Part shown: piece after piece, positions 23,779 through 33,937 of the stretch
Layout of the letters: the number at the start of each line of letters is the position of its first letter
Numbering within the stretch: the stretch's first letter is position 1
Assembly: GCA_016930235.1 (NCBI GenBank)
Contig: JAFGHI010000010.1
Coordinates: 250-64,249, forward strand
Direction: 5' to 3'
Source: Candidatus Omnitrophota bacterium
GTDB taxonomy: Bacteria; Omnitrophota; Omnitrophia; Omnitrophales; Aquincolibacteriaceae
Length of the DNA: 64,000 nt
Notes under the pieces: generated by a model
Told to the model about the DNA's origin: nothing
Database searches by the model: none
Seen by the model: only the letters and a program-made list of their open reading frames with translations
Position numbers and translations under genes: made by a program

Positions 23779-24872
23779 ACAAGCTCCAGGTAAGAATCAA
23801 CGGTTCCATATTCGTTTTGCCGTTGAACAGGTTGATAAGGATCAATCTGCCATTCTCCATCCACAATAAATTTATACCGGTATTTCCCCGGATGGATCGG
23901 AATCACCTTCTGCCACAATCCATTGGGGCGTTTCTGCATGGCTTCGGGTATCCATTGATTAAAGTCACCGGCAATTTCGACGATCTCAGCCTTCTCATTA
24001 ATGGCCTGAAATAAAACACCCCCCAAGACAGAACGCGGGCCATAATGGCGGTGAAGAATATTTTTCCATCCGAGTTCATTCATCGGAAATCGTCGCTGCC
24101 AATCCCGTTTCAAATATTCCACGGCCAAATGAAAATAGTCTCGGAAAGCAGATGATTCAGGGGCATACTCCACAATGCTTTGACCGGCACTCGATGCTTC
24201 TTTTAAAACAATAGCATTGTGAATCACTGTCCGCAATAATTGATCCTGAAAATGAGCTAGGACTTCTTCATAAATCTCCTGTCCAAAGGTTGTATCAGAA
24301 TCAAAGAGAGTCAAAAGAGCGTAGACATTTAAGCGCGTTTCACGAAAGATTTGAAGATGCTGGATGGTCTCAGAAATCTTGGCCAGCCCATGCAAAGAAA
24401 AAAACGAGGGTTCGATCGGAATAATCAGATCATCAGCAGCTTCCAAAGCATTGAACGTCAAAACGCCAAGATTTGGGGGGCAATCCAAAATCACATATTC
24501 AAAATCCGGATTTTCCCTTTCCAAGATGTCCAGTTCCCGCTTAAGGCGCTTATCCCTATCAGGCGAATTGGCCAAATCTTCCTCTAAGGCATTGAGCACA
24601 CCGTCGGAAGGCAAAAGATAAAGGCATGAATTCACTTGCTTTAAAATGGGCATGACACTCGGACGAAGAGCTTCCCTAAATCCTAACAGATCATAAAGCG
24701 TCAACGCTCCCTTCTCAAGCTGGACACCCAACCCACAAGTTGAATGCCCCTGCGGATCCAAATCCACGAGCAACGTTTGTTTCCCCAGGTGGGCCAAACA
24801 AGCAGCTAAATTGATACTTGTCGTGGTTTTACCGCAGCCGCCTTTTTGGTTGGCAACCGCAATGACACGCAA
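23775..24872 (-). CDS. ParA/MinD-family ATPase fused to C-terminal AMPK-beta-type glycogen-binding domain (CBM48)
   Basis: The N-terminus has the deviant Walker A KGGCGKTT and VDLDPQG. The C-terminal ~80 aa (IAGDFNQW...GKYRYKFIVDGEWQIDPYQP...GTVDSYL) matches the GxFNxW / YKFxVDGxW / DP / GTV signature of AMPK beta GBD / CBM48. Confidence 0.8.
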   Translation of the reverse strand: MRVIAVANQKGGCGKTTTSINLAACLAHLGKQTLLVDLDPQGHSTCGLGVQLEKGALTLYDLLGFREALRPSVMPILKQVNSCLYLLPSDGVLNALEEDLANSPDRDKRLKRELDILERENPDFEYVILDCPPNLGVLTFNALEAADDLIIPIEPSFFSLHGLAKISETIQHLQIFRETRLNVYALLTLFDSDTTFGQEIYEEVLAHFQDQLLRTVIHNAIVLKEASSAGQSIVEYAPESSAFRDYFHLAVEYLKRDWQRRFPMNELGWKNILHRHYGPRSVLGGVLFQAINEKAEIVEIAGDFNQWIPEAMQKRPNGLWQKVIPIHPGKYRYKFIVDGEWQIDPYQPVQRQNEYGTVDSYLELV

Positions 24873-24972
24873 AATAAAACCTCCCTCGATAATTAAAATG
24901 AGTCCAAGTCTAATAATAATAACGACTTGAGGTTGGTATCTCTTGAGCTCTCAGAAGAAAAAAATTGAAGCC

Positions 24973-26001
24973 TTAAAGAAGGTCGGAACTGGAGAGTGTC
25001 TTAAATCGATTACCCTCGTCAAAGTAGGTTAGAAACCAATGAGTTTCGGGAAATTGCCGCGCCATGTCCGGAGCGTCATTAGGCCCCAAAACAAAAAGGG
25101 TTGTTGAGAGAAAATCGGCGAGGACGGCTGAAGGCGCAATCACGGAAACGGCGATAGAATCACGGGCCGGGTAACCCGTCCTGGGATCAAGGATATGGGC
25201 ATAGCGTATTCCGTCCCGAACAAAAAAATTTTCATAATCCCCGCTGGTTGACACAGCTTGATGGTCTAGCGAGACAACTTTCCACGTTCGTGAAGGATCA
25301 CGGGGATGTCTTAATCCGACACGCCATAAGCGGCCCTGAGGAGACTTCCCAAACGCAAAAACTGTACCGCCAATATTAACAAGAGCACTCATGATGCCTT
25401 CCCTTTTCAAAACCGAAACAATATCATCACAGACAAAACCTTTACCAATAGCTCCCAAATCAATACCCATACCGGGGCGGAGGAATTGGATCTCAGAACG
25501 ATCCTCGTCTGTCAAAATGCCGTCGCTTCCTACCTGTTTCATCACGCTTTCAATTGCCGCTACACTCGGGATATTTAACTCATCATCAAAAAATCCCCAC
25601 AATTTCATTAAGGGATAAACCGTCACGTCAAAAGCCCCCTGAGAAAGATTGTGAAAATCTTTTGCGGTCTGGACAATGTGAAACGTTTCCCGAGAGACCT
25701 GCTGGACCGATTCATATCCTGTTTGGTTCAAACGGTAAATTTCTCCCGGTGCCTCAAAGTAATTCAATTTATTTTCCAGTTCCCGAAGCCTTTGAAAAGC
25801 AACCTCAAGGGCTTGGTCTCGCTGGCTCGGCGTTCCTCCGGCGACAATAATTTCGACAAAGGTGCCCATCATAAGACCCTGACGTTTTGAAAAAGTCATC
25901 TGACCGCAACCTGTCAGGAAGACCGCGATGGAAAGAAACAAACAAACTTCTTTCCATGAAAAGAAAAACCACCTGTAGGCAGGACAAATCCGTATGTGCA
26001 T
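24973..26001 (-). CDS. apbE: FAD:protein FMN transferase ApbE (lipoprotein)
   Basis: 342 aa with a lipobox (LTGC) and ApbE motifs (GAIGKGF, TSGDYE). Confidence 0.85.
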   Translation of the reverse strand: MHIRICPAYRWFFFSWKEVCLFLSIAVFLTGCGQMTFSKRQGLMMGTFVEIIVAGGTPSQRDQALEVAFQRLRELENKLNYFEAPGEIYRLNQTGYESVQQVSRETFHIVQTAKDFHNLSQGAFDVTVYPLMKLWGFFDDELNIPSVAAIESVMKQVGSDGILTDEDRSEIQFLRPGMGIDLGAIGKGFVCDDIVSVLKREGIMSALVNIGGTVFAFGKSPQGRLWRVGLRHPRDPSRTWKVVSLDHQAVSTSGDYENFFVRDGIRYAHILDPRTGYPARDSIAVSVIAPSAVLADFLSTTLFVLGPNDAPDMARQFPETHWFLTYFDEGNRFKTLSSSDLL

Positions 26002-26026
26002 TTTGAGGCTGAGAAAATCCTCTCTC

Positions 26027-26968
26027 TCAAATCATGACCAGTTGTTCGATAGGAACAATTCCTACAACATCTCCCCAGGATTCCGTAGCCACAGCATAAG
26101 ACTGCCTTTTTTCCTGAAGCGTTAAAAAGGCTTTTTCGACTGAAGTTTGCTTGGGAACAAAAATGGGTGAGCGTAAATAATCTTTTAGATTTTGGTCATC
26201 CTTTTCTTCAAAGAGGAGGTCAAAAACATAAACCATGCCCACCACCAAGGAAGGAATCTCTTCGTAAACAAGAACCATCCGAGCTTTATTCTGGCGCACA
26301 AGGTTTTTGACATCCCCGACCGTGGCGCGTATGTCCACCTTGGGCACTTGCTCAAGCGGTGTCATGACCGACTCAACGCGGATCCGCTCAAAATCCAGAA
26401 TGGTATTAATGATTTGCTGCTCATGTAAATTCAATACCCCCGTTTTCGCTCCTTCTTCAATTAAACCGCGAAACTCTTCTTCTGAAACGAAAATGCTTTT
26501 CCCCGTTGCTTTTGGATAAATACCCACCAAAAAACGGACACCGCGAAGCACAACCCATACCGGAATCCGTAACAAACGCAAGAAGAAAGACAGCCCCCAA
26601 CTCCATTGAAGCAAAAATTGATGACTTTGGATCCTGCAGTAATCCTTCGGAACAACTTCACCGAAGATGATGATGATCGGAGCCATTACAAGGGTCACCA
26701 GCCACTCGTTATTAACATGGAAGTAGAGGTGAAGCACATAAGTCAGAACAGCCGTTGCGGTCACATTCACAACATTGTTCCCAATTAAAATTGTAGTTAA
26801 CAATTCATCTGTTTTCCGATAGAGCTTCATCACCTTTTGAGCCGCAACACTTCCGGAATCAGCCAATTCTCTCATTTTAACTTTATTTGAGGACACAAAG
26901 GCCATCTCCGAACCGGAAAAAAAGGCCGAAAGGACTAAACACAAAATTAAAATCAAAACATATGTCAT
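26027..26968 (-). CDS. CNNM/HlyC-CorC family membrane protein (DUF21 + CBS pair), short form
   Basis: 313 aa with N-terminal TM helices (DUF21) followed by CBS domains. It lacks a CorC_HlyC C-terminus. Confidence 0.75.
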   Translation of the reverse strand: MTYVLILILCLVLSAFFSGSEMAFVSSNKVKMRELADSGSVAAQKVMKLYRKTDELLTTILIGNNVVNVTATAVLTYVLHLYFHVNNEWLVTLVMAPIIIIFGEVVPKDYCRIQSHQFLLQWSWGLSFFLRLLRIPVWVVLRGVRFLVGIYPKATGKSIFVSEEEFRGLIEEGAKTGVLNLHEQQIINTILDFERIRVESVMTPLEQVPKVDIRATVGDVKNLVRQNKARMVLVYEEIPSLVVGMVYVFDLLFEEKDDQNLKDYLRSPIFVPKQTSVEKAFLTLQEKRQSYAVATESWGDVVGIVPIEQLVMI

Positions 26969-28203
26969 TTGTTCCTCTTTTTGACGATTACACTTCGAAT
27001 ACGACGTTGCCGGATCACATCATGAATGCGAAATTCAAATTCTCGCGTGTCAAAAACCTTGCCCTTTTTCGGAACTTCTCCTAACAGCTCTAAAATGTAT
27101 CCTCCGAGCGTACTTGCTTCATCCGCTACAAGATCAGAATTAAAATATTCATTAAAGTCCGCCAGAGGAACTTTGGCTTCGACAAAATATTCTTGGTGGC
27201 CAAAAGGCCTTATAGGTCTTTCCACAACCGCATACTCGTCATAAAACTCCCCGAAGATTTCCTCGAGGATATCCTCCAAAGTCACAATACCTGCCGTTCC
27301 ACCATATTCGTCAACACAAACCGCGAAATTATGTGTTTTCCTTCGGAACTCCGCAAGCAGGTCATCAATTCGTTTAGCCTCAGGGACATAAAGCGGCTCG
27401 ATCACCATCGATTTTAAATCCTGAGCCGGATTCAACATAAATTCTTGCACGGATGTTACGCCAACAATATTGTCGATCGATTCCTGATAAACGGGAAAAT
27501 AACTAAAATGATGGCGCCGGATGATATCTTCGTGTTTCTCCCTGGGGTCGTCCAAATCCAAAGCGGCCAAATCAATGCGGGGCGTCATGATATCTTTAAC
27601 CTGCCGCTCACCCAAATCCATGAGTTTTTGGATCATGTAACGCTCTTGACGGTCAAGGACACCTTCTTCTTCACCTATTTTGACCAACGTTTTGAGTTCA
27701 TCTTCAGAAATCTGATCGGAAGACAACTCTTTACGGATCGGGATCAGGAGTTTGACAATGCGGTTACTGATGGAACGCACGAGCCAACGAAACGGAAAGA
27801 AAATAACGGCAAAAACTCTCAACGGGAAAGAAACGATAAAAGCCACCAACTCATTAAAACGCACCGCCAAAATCTTGGGTATGATTTCTCCAACCACAAT
27901 CAAGATAACCGTAAAAATAAAAAGTGCCGGCCCCGTTCCCTTACCTCCCCACACTTCCATAGCTACCAAGGTGACAATCGCAGTCGCTAAAACGTGAACG
28001 AATAGATTTCCAATAATAATGGTATTAAGGGTTCGCCTCGGATTGCTGAGATGATCCTGGATCCAACCGATCATCCGCTGGTGTTTTTCTCCTAACCGGT
28101 TCTTTTCAATCTTCGTCAGAGAAAAGATAGCCGTCTCGGCTGCCGCAAAAAATCCGGCGAATAGCAGCAAAACCACGAGGATCAAACCATGAGCTAAAAG
28201 CAT
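26965..28203 (-). CDS. CNNM/CorC family transporter (DUF21 + CBS pair + CorC_HlyC)
   Basis: 412 aa, paralogous to the adjacent gene and overlapping it by 4 nt. Confidence 0.8.
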   Translation of the reverse strand: MLLAHGLILVVLLLFAGFFAAAETAIFSLTKIEKNRLGEKHQRMIGWIQDHLSNPRRTLNTIIIGNLFVHVLATAIVTLVAMEVWGGKGTGPALFIFTVILIVVGEIIPKILAVRFNELVAFIVSFPLRVFAVIFFPFRWLVRSISNRIVKLLIPIRKELSSDQISEDELKTLVKIGEEEGVLDRQERYMIQKLMDLGERQVKDIMTPRIDLAALDLDDPREKHEDIIRRHHFSYFPVYQESIDNIVGVTSVQEFMLNPAQDLKSMVIEPLYVPEAKRIDDLLAEFRRKTHNFAVCVDEYGGTAGIVTLEDILEEIFGEFYDEYAVVERPIRPFGHQEYFVEAKVPLADFNEYFNSDLVADEASTLGGYILELLGEVPKKGKVFDTREFEFRIHDVIRQRRIRSVIVKKRNK

Positions 28204-28784
28204 TAATCTCCCTCGTAAAGTTTCATCTCATGAATATACTGTTCAACTTTTTTGGGCAAGAAAGCGTTGACTTCGGAATTCCCCGAGCTAATTCCTGAAC
28301 GTATCACTGAAGAAGATATCGGTACAATCGGCATCTTAATCCAGTTCACTTTTTCTGTAAAAGGCGCTTCACTTTGCGCTCCCTCACGCGGAGCCACAAT
28401 AAAGCCGGCCAATTCGCGAATGCGGGCAATCCCTTTCCATTGAAGGAGACCGTTAAAGCTGTCTCCTCCCAAAATGAGATAAAGCTGGGTTCCAGGAAAT
28501 TTTGACTGGAGGATTTCTAGAGTATCAACCGTATAAGAAACGTCGGGACGCTTAAATTCTTCGTCACAAATTTCGAAATCAGTTTCATTCTCCAAAGCAA
28601 GCTCAACCATCCGGTAGCGGTAAGGGGCCGGGGTCAAATGCGGAAAAACTGATTTCGTCGGAGGAATGAAAGATGGAACAAAAAAAACGCGGTCGAGACC
28701 AAACTCCTTTTTCGCTTCACGCGCTAATGCCAAATGCCCTTTATGGATCGGATCAAATGTGCCTCCCAAAATGCCAATTTTCAT
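28203..28784 (-). CDS. nadD: nicotinate-nucleotide adenylyltransferase
   Basis: 193 aa with GGTFDPIHKGH (HxGH). Confidence 0.88.
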   Translation of the reverse strand: MKIGILGGTFDPIHKGHLALAREAKKEFGLDRVFFVPSFIPPTKSVFPHLTPAPYRYRMVELALENETDFEICDEEFKRPDVSYTVDTLEILQSKFPGTQLYLILGGDSFNGLLQWKGIARIRELAGFIVAPREGAQSEAPFTEKVNWIKMPIVPISSSVIRSGISSGNSEVNAFLPKKVEQYIHEMKLYEGD

Positions 28785-28799
28785 TTTGTCATCTCAAAA

Positions 28800-30068
28800 T
28801 TATGTCCGAACCTGCCCATTGCCCTCCACCACATACTTATAGGAGGTTAATCCCTCAAGCCCCATAGGACCTCGAGCGTGAATTTTATCCGTTGAGATAC
28901 CGATCTCGGCCCCAAATCCATACTGAAACCCATCCGAAAATCTTGTCGATGCATTGACCATGACAGAAGAGGAATCAACCCGGTCTCGAAAGATCTTAGC
29001 GGCCTTGGAGTCTTGAGTCACAATGGCATCGGTATGACCCGAACCGTACTTCTGAATATGCGCCATCGCTTCGTCAATATCGGAAACCACTCGAACAGCC
29101 AAAACCTTATCCAAAAATTCGCAACCGTAGTCCTCCGGCGTTGCCTTTTGGGCCCAAGGCAGGATCTTCTTAACCGCGGCGTCTCCTCTAACTTCACAAC
29201 CGCCCTCTCGAAGTTTTCGTCCAAGTTCGGGTAAGAAGCGACTGGCAATCTTCCGGTGAACCAAAAGGGTTTCCATCGCATTGCAGACGCCCGGCCTTTG
29301 CATTTTGGCGTTAAAAGCGATATTCACAGCCTTCTTTGAATCAGCCTTTTGATCCACATAAACATGACAAATCCCCTGGTAATGTTTCACCACGGGAATC
29401 CTTGAGGTTTCGGCAACTTTACGGATGAGCTGTTCCCCTCCGCGAGGAATCACAAGTTGAATTTCTTTATCCTGATGAAGAAGAAAATCAACAGCCTGCC
29501 GGTCCGTTGTTTGAACAAAACCAATACAGGATCCGGTCAACCGGTATCTTCTAAGAACCTCATCAAAAATAGAAACAAGGACACGATTCGAGTAAAAAGC
29601 CTCCCGGCCGCCCCGTAAAATCACGGCATTTCCGCTCTTCAAGCACAAGGAAGCACACTCGGCTGTAACGTTCGGCCTTGATTCGAAAATAATCAAAATA
29701 ACCCCAATAGGAACTGTAACGCGGGAAATCACTAAACCGTTGGGCCGCTTCCACCGTTTCACCACACGCCCAATAGGATCCGGAAGTGAGGCAACCGCGC
29801 GAACTCCTTCAGCCATTTCCCGAATTCGTTTCGGCGTTAAAGTCAAACGATCCAGCATCGCACTGCTCAGGCCTTCTTGTTTGGCTGTCCTAAGATCGCG
29901 CTGATTCTCACGAATAATTTTCTTTTCGGAGCAAATCAGTTGTCTTGAAACATCCTGTAGAATTTTTTTCTTCTGTTGAGACGTCAACCTGGCTGTTAAA
30001 AAAGATGCGCAACGGACTTGCCCTAGGGTTTTCTTAAGCTGTTTTTTCCATCTATAACTCTTTGCCAT
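28800..30068 (-). CDS. proA: gamma-glutamyl phosphate reductase
   Basis: A 422-aa ALDH-superfamily protein with a catalytic Cys (GVCNAMETLLVH). Confidence 0.88.
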   Translation of the reverse strand: MAKSYRWKKQLKKTLGQVRCASFLTARLTSQQKKKILQDVSRQLICSEKKIIRENQRDLRTAKQEGLSSAMLDRLTLTPKRIREMAEGVRAVASLPDPIGRVVKRWKRPNGLVISRVTVPIGVILIIFESRPNVTAECASLCLKSGNAVILRGGREAFYSNRVLVSIFDEVLRRYRLTGSCIGFVQTTDRQAVDFLLHQDKEIQLVIPRGGEQLIRKVAETSRIPVVKHYQGICHVYVDQKADSKKAVNIAFNAKMQRPGVCNAMETLLVHRKIASRFLPELGRKLREGGCEVRGDAAVKKILPWAQKATPEDYGCEFLDKVLAVRVVSDIDEAMAHIQKYGSGHTDAIVTQDSKAAKIFRDRVDSSSVMVNASTRFSDGFQYGFGAEIGISTDKIHARGPMGLEGLTSYKYVVEGNGQVRT

Positions 30069-30095
30069 CTCAAGTAATTCTCCTCATTCCAAGGT

Positions 30096-31208
30096 TTATT
30101 CCCAAAAAACCAAATCATTCCTTTGGATCACTTCGTCCTGATATTTATAGCCCAGGATTTCTTCAATTTCACTAGTTTTGCGCCCCAAAATACGTTTTAA
30201 TTCCTGGCTTGAATAACGAACAACTCCCCGGCCAAATACTTCACCGCTTGGGCTTCTCAATTCCACCACTTGTCCCTTTTCAAATTCCCCCTCAAGCTGA
30301 ACAATTCCTTTTGGAAGAAGGCTTTTTTTCTTTACACGCAATGCTTCGCAGGCACCGGCATCTAAAATTAAAGCCCCTTTTCGAGCCGCCGAGAACGCAA
30401 TCCATTTTCGCCGGGCATTTTTCTTTTCGCGCTGCTCCACAAACAAGGTTCCGACATCCTCGCCTTCAAAAATCTTGCGGATGCCTTTTTCATCATGGCC
30501 ATTGACCATCACAAGAGGAACACCCAATCTCATCGCGACACGAGCCGCCTCCAGCTTGGCCTTCATCCCCCCAACAGTTCTTTCTTTGCGAGTATCTTTT
30601 AAATGACGGACGAGTTCACTATCAATTTCCGATTCCGAAGATACCTGACGGATCCTGGAACCGTCCTGAAGATAAAAGCCATCGACATCCGAAAGCATAA
30701 TAAGAAGATCGGCATGAATAAGGTGCGCCACATGAACGGATAAAATATCATTATCCCCAAAAGCAATTTCTTCGGTCGCCACCGTATCATTCTCATTAAC
30801 AATGGGGATTACTTTCATCTTGAAAAGTTCATCTAAGGTATGACGTGCCCCCAGAAAACGCTTTCGAATCTCCAAGCCATCTCGCGTCAAAAGTAGTTGA
30901 GCCGCATGAAGTCCCCGGCCAGAAAAGTAACGTTCGTAGGCATGCATCAATCCACCCTGACCGATCGCGGCACAAGCCTGCAATCGCGGCATATTCCTGG
31001 GTCTTTTTTTGATCCCAGTCATCTGCATCCCGAAGGCAATGGCGCCTGAGCTGACTAAAACCACTTGTTTTTTCGCGTCAACTAGATCCACAATTTGACG
31101 GCACAAATTGGAAAAATGGTCTTCTTGGATCCATCCGTCGCGCCCGGTTAGAATACTCGTCCCGGCTTTAATGACAATGCGCTGACTTGACCTTATGGCT
31201 TCCCGCAT
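30096..31208 (-). CDS. proB: glutamate 5-kinase with PUA domain
   Basis: 370 aa with an amino-acid kinase fold (IVIKAGTS...) and a C-terminal PUA. Confidence 0.88.
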   Translation of the reverse strand: MREAIRSSQRIVIKAGTSILTGRDGWIQEDHFSNLCRQIVDLVDAKKQVVLVSSGAIAFGMQMTGIKKRPRNMPRLQACAAIGQGGLMHAYERYFSGRGLHAAQLLLTRDGLEIRKRFLGARHTLDELFKMKVIPIVNENDTVATEEIAFGDNDILSVHVAHLIHADLLIMLSDVDGFYLQDGSRIRQVSSESEIDSELVRHLKDTRKERTVGGMKAKLEAARVAMRLGVPLVMVNGHDEKGIRKIFEGEDVGTLFVEQREKKNARRKWIAFSAARKGALILDAGACEALRVKKKSLLPKGIVQLEGEFEKGQVVELRSPSGEVFGRGVVRYSSQELKRILGRKTSEIEEILGYKYQDEVIQRNDLVFWE

Positions 31209-31272
31209 AAAGGGCCTCCTGTTTAAAGCCGTCGTCCTGAAAGAAGTAATTCTAACGTATTTCCAGGTATTT

Positions 31273-32241
31273 TTATCCGCTTTTTTTTTGGCGAATATAA
31301 CTCAAGTGTTCCTTAAAAAGCTCCATCCCCTCACCCGTTTTCGTAGAAAGACAGATGACAGGAACGCCTGGATCAAACTTTTCACCGTCAATTCTTTCCC
31401 TCGCCCCTTCTTCGTCGACCTTATTGATAATAACGCTATAGGAAATCCCCGCAAAAGAAGCCTGATAGCGGGCAACTTCTTCCTTCAAAATATCGAGCCC
31501 TTCCTGAATGGACCCCGCAAATTGAGAAAAGGGATTTAAAACATAAAGGATATAAGGTGCCTTTTCCAGGTGCTTCAGATAATCCACGCCCAAACCCCGC
31601 CCCTCATGAGAACTTCGGTAAAGAGAGGGCAACTCACACAATGTCATATGCTGGTATTCCGACAATTCATAAACACCAATCACGGGGGCCTTGGTCGCAA
31701 AGGGATAGGACTCTTCTTTGGTTTGCACCCTAGTCAGTACATTGAGAATCGATGATTTCCCTGAATTCGGCAAACCGATCAAAAAAACATCTGCAAGAAT
31801 TCGAATGCTCAGCTCAATATCCAAAACAACCCCTTTTTGACCCGGAGTCGCTTCTTTGTCGCCTTGATTTCCAGATCCTCCGCGCCCACCTTGACAGACA
31901 ACAACCTCTTCTCCGTCCTGCGCCAGTTCACGGATAAGAAAATTCCTTTCTCTATCACGAATGCGCGTTCCAACAGGAACAAGGATTTTAAGATCCTCTC
32001 CATTCTTACCCCGTTTTCGATTACTGCCACCGTTTGCACCAGACTCAGCGATAAGATGTTGTTTGTACTTCAATCCGTCTAAAGATGTCGCATTATGGCT
32101 CGCAGAGAAAATAACACTGCCTCCACGCCCACCGTCACCGCCATTAGGAATCTTTTTTCTATCCTTGCGAACAAAAAAACTGGCACACCCATTGCCGCCG
32201 GAACCGGCTTGAACCACTAAATGGATTTGATCGATAATCAT
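31273..32241 (-). CDS. obg: GTPase Obg
   Basis: A glycine-rich N-terminal Obg fold (GGNGGNGG...GGRGG) is followed by a G domain (GLPNSGKSS). Confidence 0.88.
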   Translation of the reverse strand: MIIDQIHLVVQAGSGGNGCASFFVRKDRKKIPNGGDGGRGGSVIFSASHNATSLDGLKYKQHLIAESGANGGSNRKRGKNGEDLKILVPVGTRIRDRERNFLIRELAQDGEEVVVCQGGRGGSGNQGDKEATPGQKGVVLDIELSIRILADVFLIGLPNSGKSSILNVLTRVQTKEESYPFATKAPVIGVYELSEYQHMTLCELPSLYRSSHEGRGLGVDYLKHLEKAPYILYVLNPFSQFAGSIQEGLDILKEEVARYQASFAGISYSVIINKVDEEGARERIDGEKFDPGVPVICLSTKTGEGMELFKEHLSYIRQKKSG

Positions 32242-32261
32242 TTCATCCTCATTTCAGCAAA

Positions 32262-32308
32262 CCCCAAGAAAACAAAAAGGGTCTGGCTTTTTAAAAAGTC
32301 AGACCCTT
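32262..32308 (-). terminator. intrinsic terminator/attenuator between rpmA and obg
   Basis: On the minus strand, a GGGTCTG...CAGACCC stem (7 bp) is followed by TTTTTGTTTTCTT. Confidence 0.55.
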
Positions 32309-32325
32309 TTCTTATTGAAATCAAT

Positions 32326-32571
32326 TTATTTATTTTCAACGATATGAACGCTACGATTTGGTCTAAACTCCACAATACCATCTCGTTTCGCAAAGAGAGT
32401 AAAATCGTTGCCGCGCCCTACGAAGGCCCCGGGACGAAACTGGTTCCCTCTTTGCCGGACAATAATACTTCCCGCACGAACAAACTGTCCTCCATAGGCC
32501 TTGACCCCCAACCGTTTTGAATTGGAGTCACGCCCGTTTGTCGTACTGCCTTGTGACTTTGTATGTGCCAT
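32326..32571 (-). CDS. rpmA: 50S ribosomal protein L27
   Basis: 81 aa; [24 protein letters not shown] is a classic L27 N-terminus. Confidence 0.92.
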   Translation of the reverse strand: MAHTKSQGSTTNGRDSNSKRLGVKAYGGQFVRAGSIIVRQRGNQFRPGAFVGRGNDFTLFAKRDGIVEFRPNRSVHIVENK

Positions 32572-32595
32572 GACTTTCCTTTCGTCCCCTCTAAA

Positions 32596-32916
32596 CTATC
32601 CCTTAATTTCCTTAACACGTAAACGTGATAATTCCTGGCGATGTCCCTTTTTGCGCCGAGAATCTTTTCGGCGCTTAAATTTAAAGTGAATGACCTTAGG
32701 GCCACGGAAATGTCCTAGAAACTGACAGACCACCTTGGCCCCCTTTACATACGGTGTCCCGATATGCAGTTTGTTTTCATCTCTTACGAGAAGGACGTTC
32801 TCAAGATGAATTTCTTTCTTATCTTCGGGGACTTCAAGCTTTTCAACTTCGAGCACAGAATTGGGCTCGATATAGTACTGCTTAGAACCCGTCTCAATTA
32901 TGGCATATTTTGACAT
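32596..32916 (-). CDS. rplU: 50S ribosomal protein L21
   Basis: MSKYAIIETGSKQY... is L21. The start at 32916 has an AGGAGA SD; the track ORF is extended to 32946. Confidence 0.9.
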   Translation of the reverse strand: MSKYAIIETGSKQYYIEPNSVLEVEKLEVPEDKKEIHLENVLLVRDENKLHIGTPYVKGAKVVCQFLGHFRGPKVIHFKFKRRKDSRRKKGHRQELSRLRVKEIKG

Positions 32917-33077
32917 TTGATATCTCCTAACCCAAAGGGAGGCCATATTTTACGGAGTTGCCCCCCCTATGTCAACGTCTTTTGTCAATATCGATATCTT
33001 GTTTCTAAACAACAAGTTATGTCATCTCACCCGGATTTTTCTTATGATTTGATCCACCGAAGTCCTCTTTTAGAAGT

Positions 33078-33890
33078 TTATAGGACTCGGTCTTCGTTAA
33101 CGGGCAGGGATTGGCGGACACGCATTTGGGAAGAGAAATCCAACTCATCGACGATGATCCCCTCTTGCCGATCATCTCCACGAGCCAAAATCCTCCCCCA
33201 AGGATCCACAATAAGGCTATTTCCGTAGCTTCGTAGCTTCGTCGATGGATTCCGTCCCACCTGAGCGGGCGCAATGACAAAAACCTGGTTCTCAATAGCC
33301 CTCGCTCTCAACAAAATCTCCCAGTGGTCCTTTCCTGTCTCATAGGTGAAATTGGCAGGGACAAAAACAACCTTGCAACCTCTCAACTGAAACTCACGAT
33401 AAAGTTCCGGAAACCGAAGATCGTAGCAAATGCTCAACCCCATTTTGACCCCCTGAAGATTCACGGTCACAACACGATTGCCCGGAACAATGTACTTGGA
33501 TTCGTCGGTAATCATGCTGCCTAAACGGATCCGAAACAAATGTATTTTTCGATAGCAGGCAAGGATCTTCCCTGTTTCCGATAATAGGACGGAAGTATTA
33601 TAAAATCGTCTTTTGTCCTTCGAACACTCAAGCACACTACCCAGTAGAATGGATAATCGCAATTCCCGAGCAATTTGTCCGAAATCCTGGATCATTTTAG
33701 GTGTGATTTCTCTGGCAATCATCGAATCTTGCTGATGAGCACCTCGATAAATGAAAGCCTCCGGTAAAGCAGCCAAATGAACTCTCTGACGGGCGGCTTT
33801 TTTAAGCAGACCATAAACCGCAATAAAATTCTTTCTCCAATCGTCTCCGGCATTAACCTGGAGACAAGCCACTTTCATTTTTTTAATCAT
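33078..33890 (-). CDS. carbon-nitrogen hydrolase (nitrilase superfamily)
   Basis: An E-K-C triad is present (LPEAF, HYRKIHLF, catalytic Cys in GLSICYDLRFPE). Confidence 0.8.
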   Translation of the reverse strand: MIKKMKVACLQVNAGDDWRKNFIAVYGLLKKAARQRVHLAALPEAFIYRGAHQQDSMIAREITPKMIQDFGQIARELRLSILLGSVLECSKDKRRFYNTSVLLSETGKILACYRKIHLFRIRLGSMITDESKYIVPGNRVVTVNLQGVKMGLSICYDLRFPELYREFQLRGCKVVFVPANFTYETGKDHWEILLRARAIENQVFVIAPAQVGRNPSTKLRSYGNSLIVDPWGRILARGDDRQEGIIVDELDFSSQMRVRQSLPVNEDRVL

Positions 33891-33937
33891 GATGGATACC
33901 CGGTCCAATTGAGAAAGGAAATTCCGTCACCCATTAT

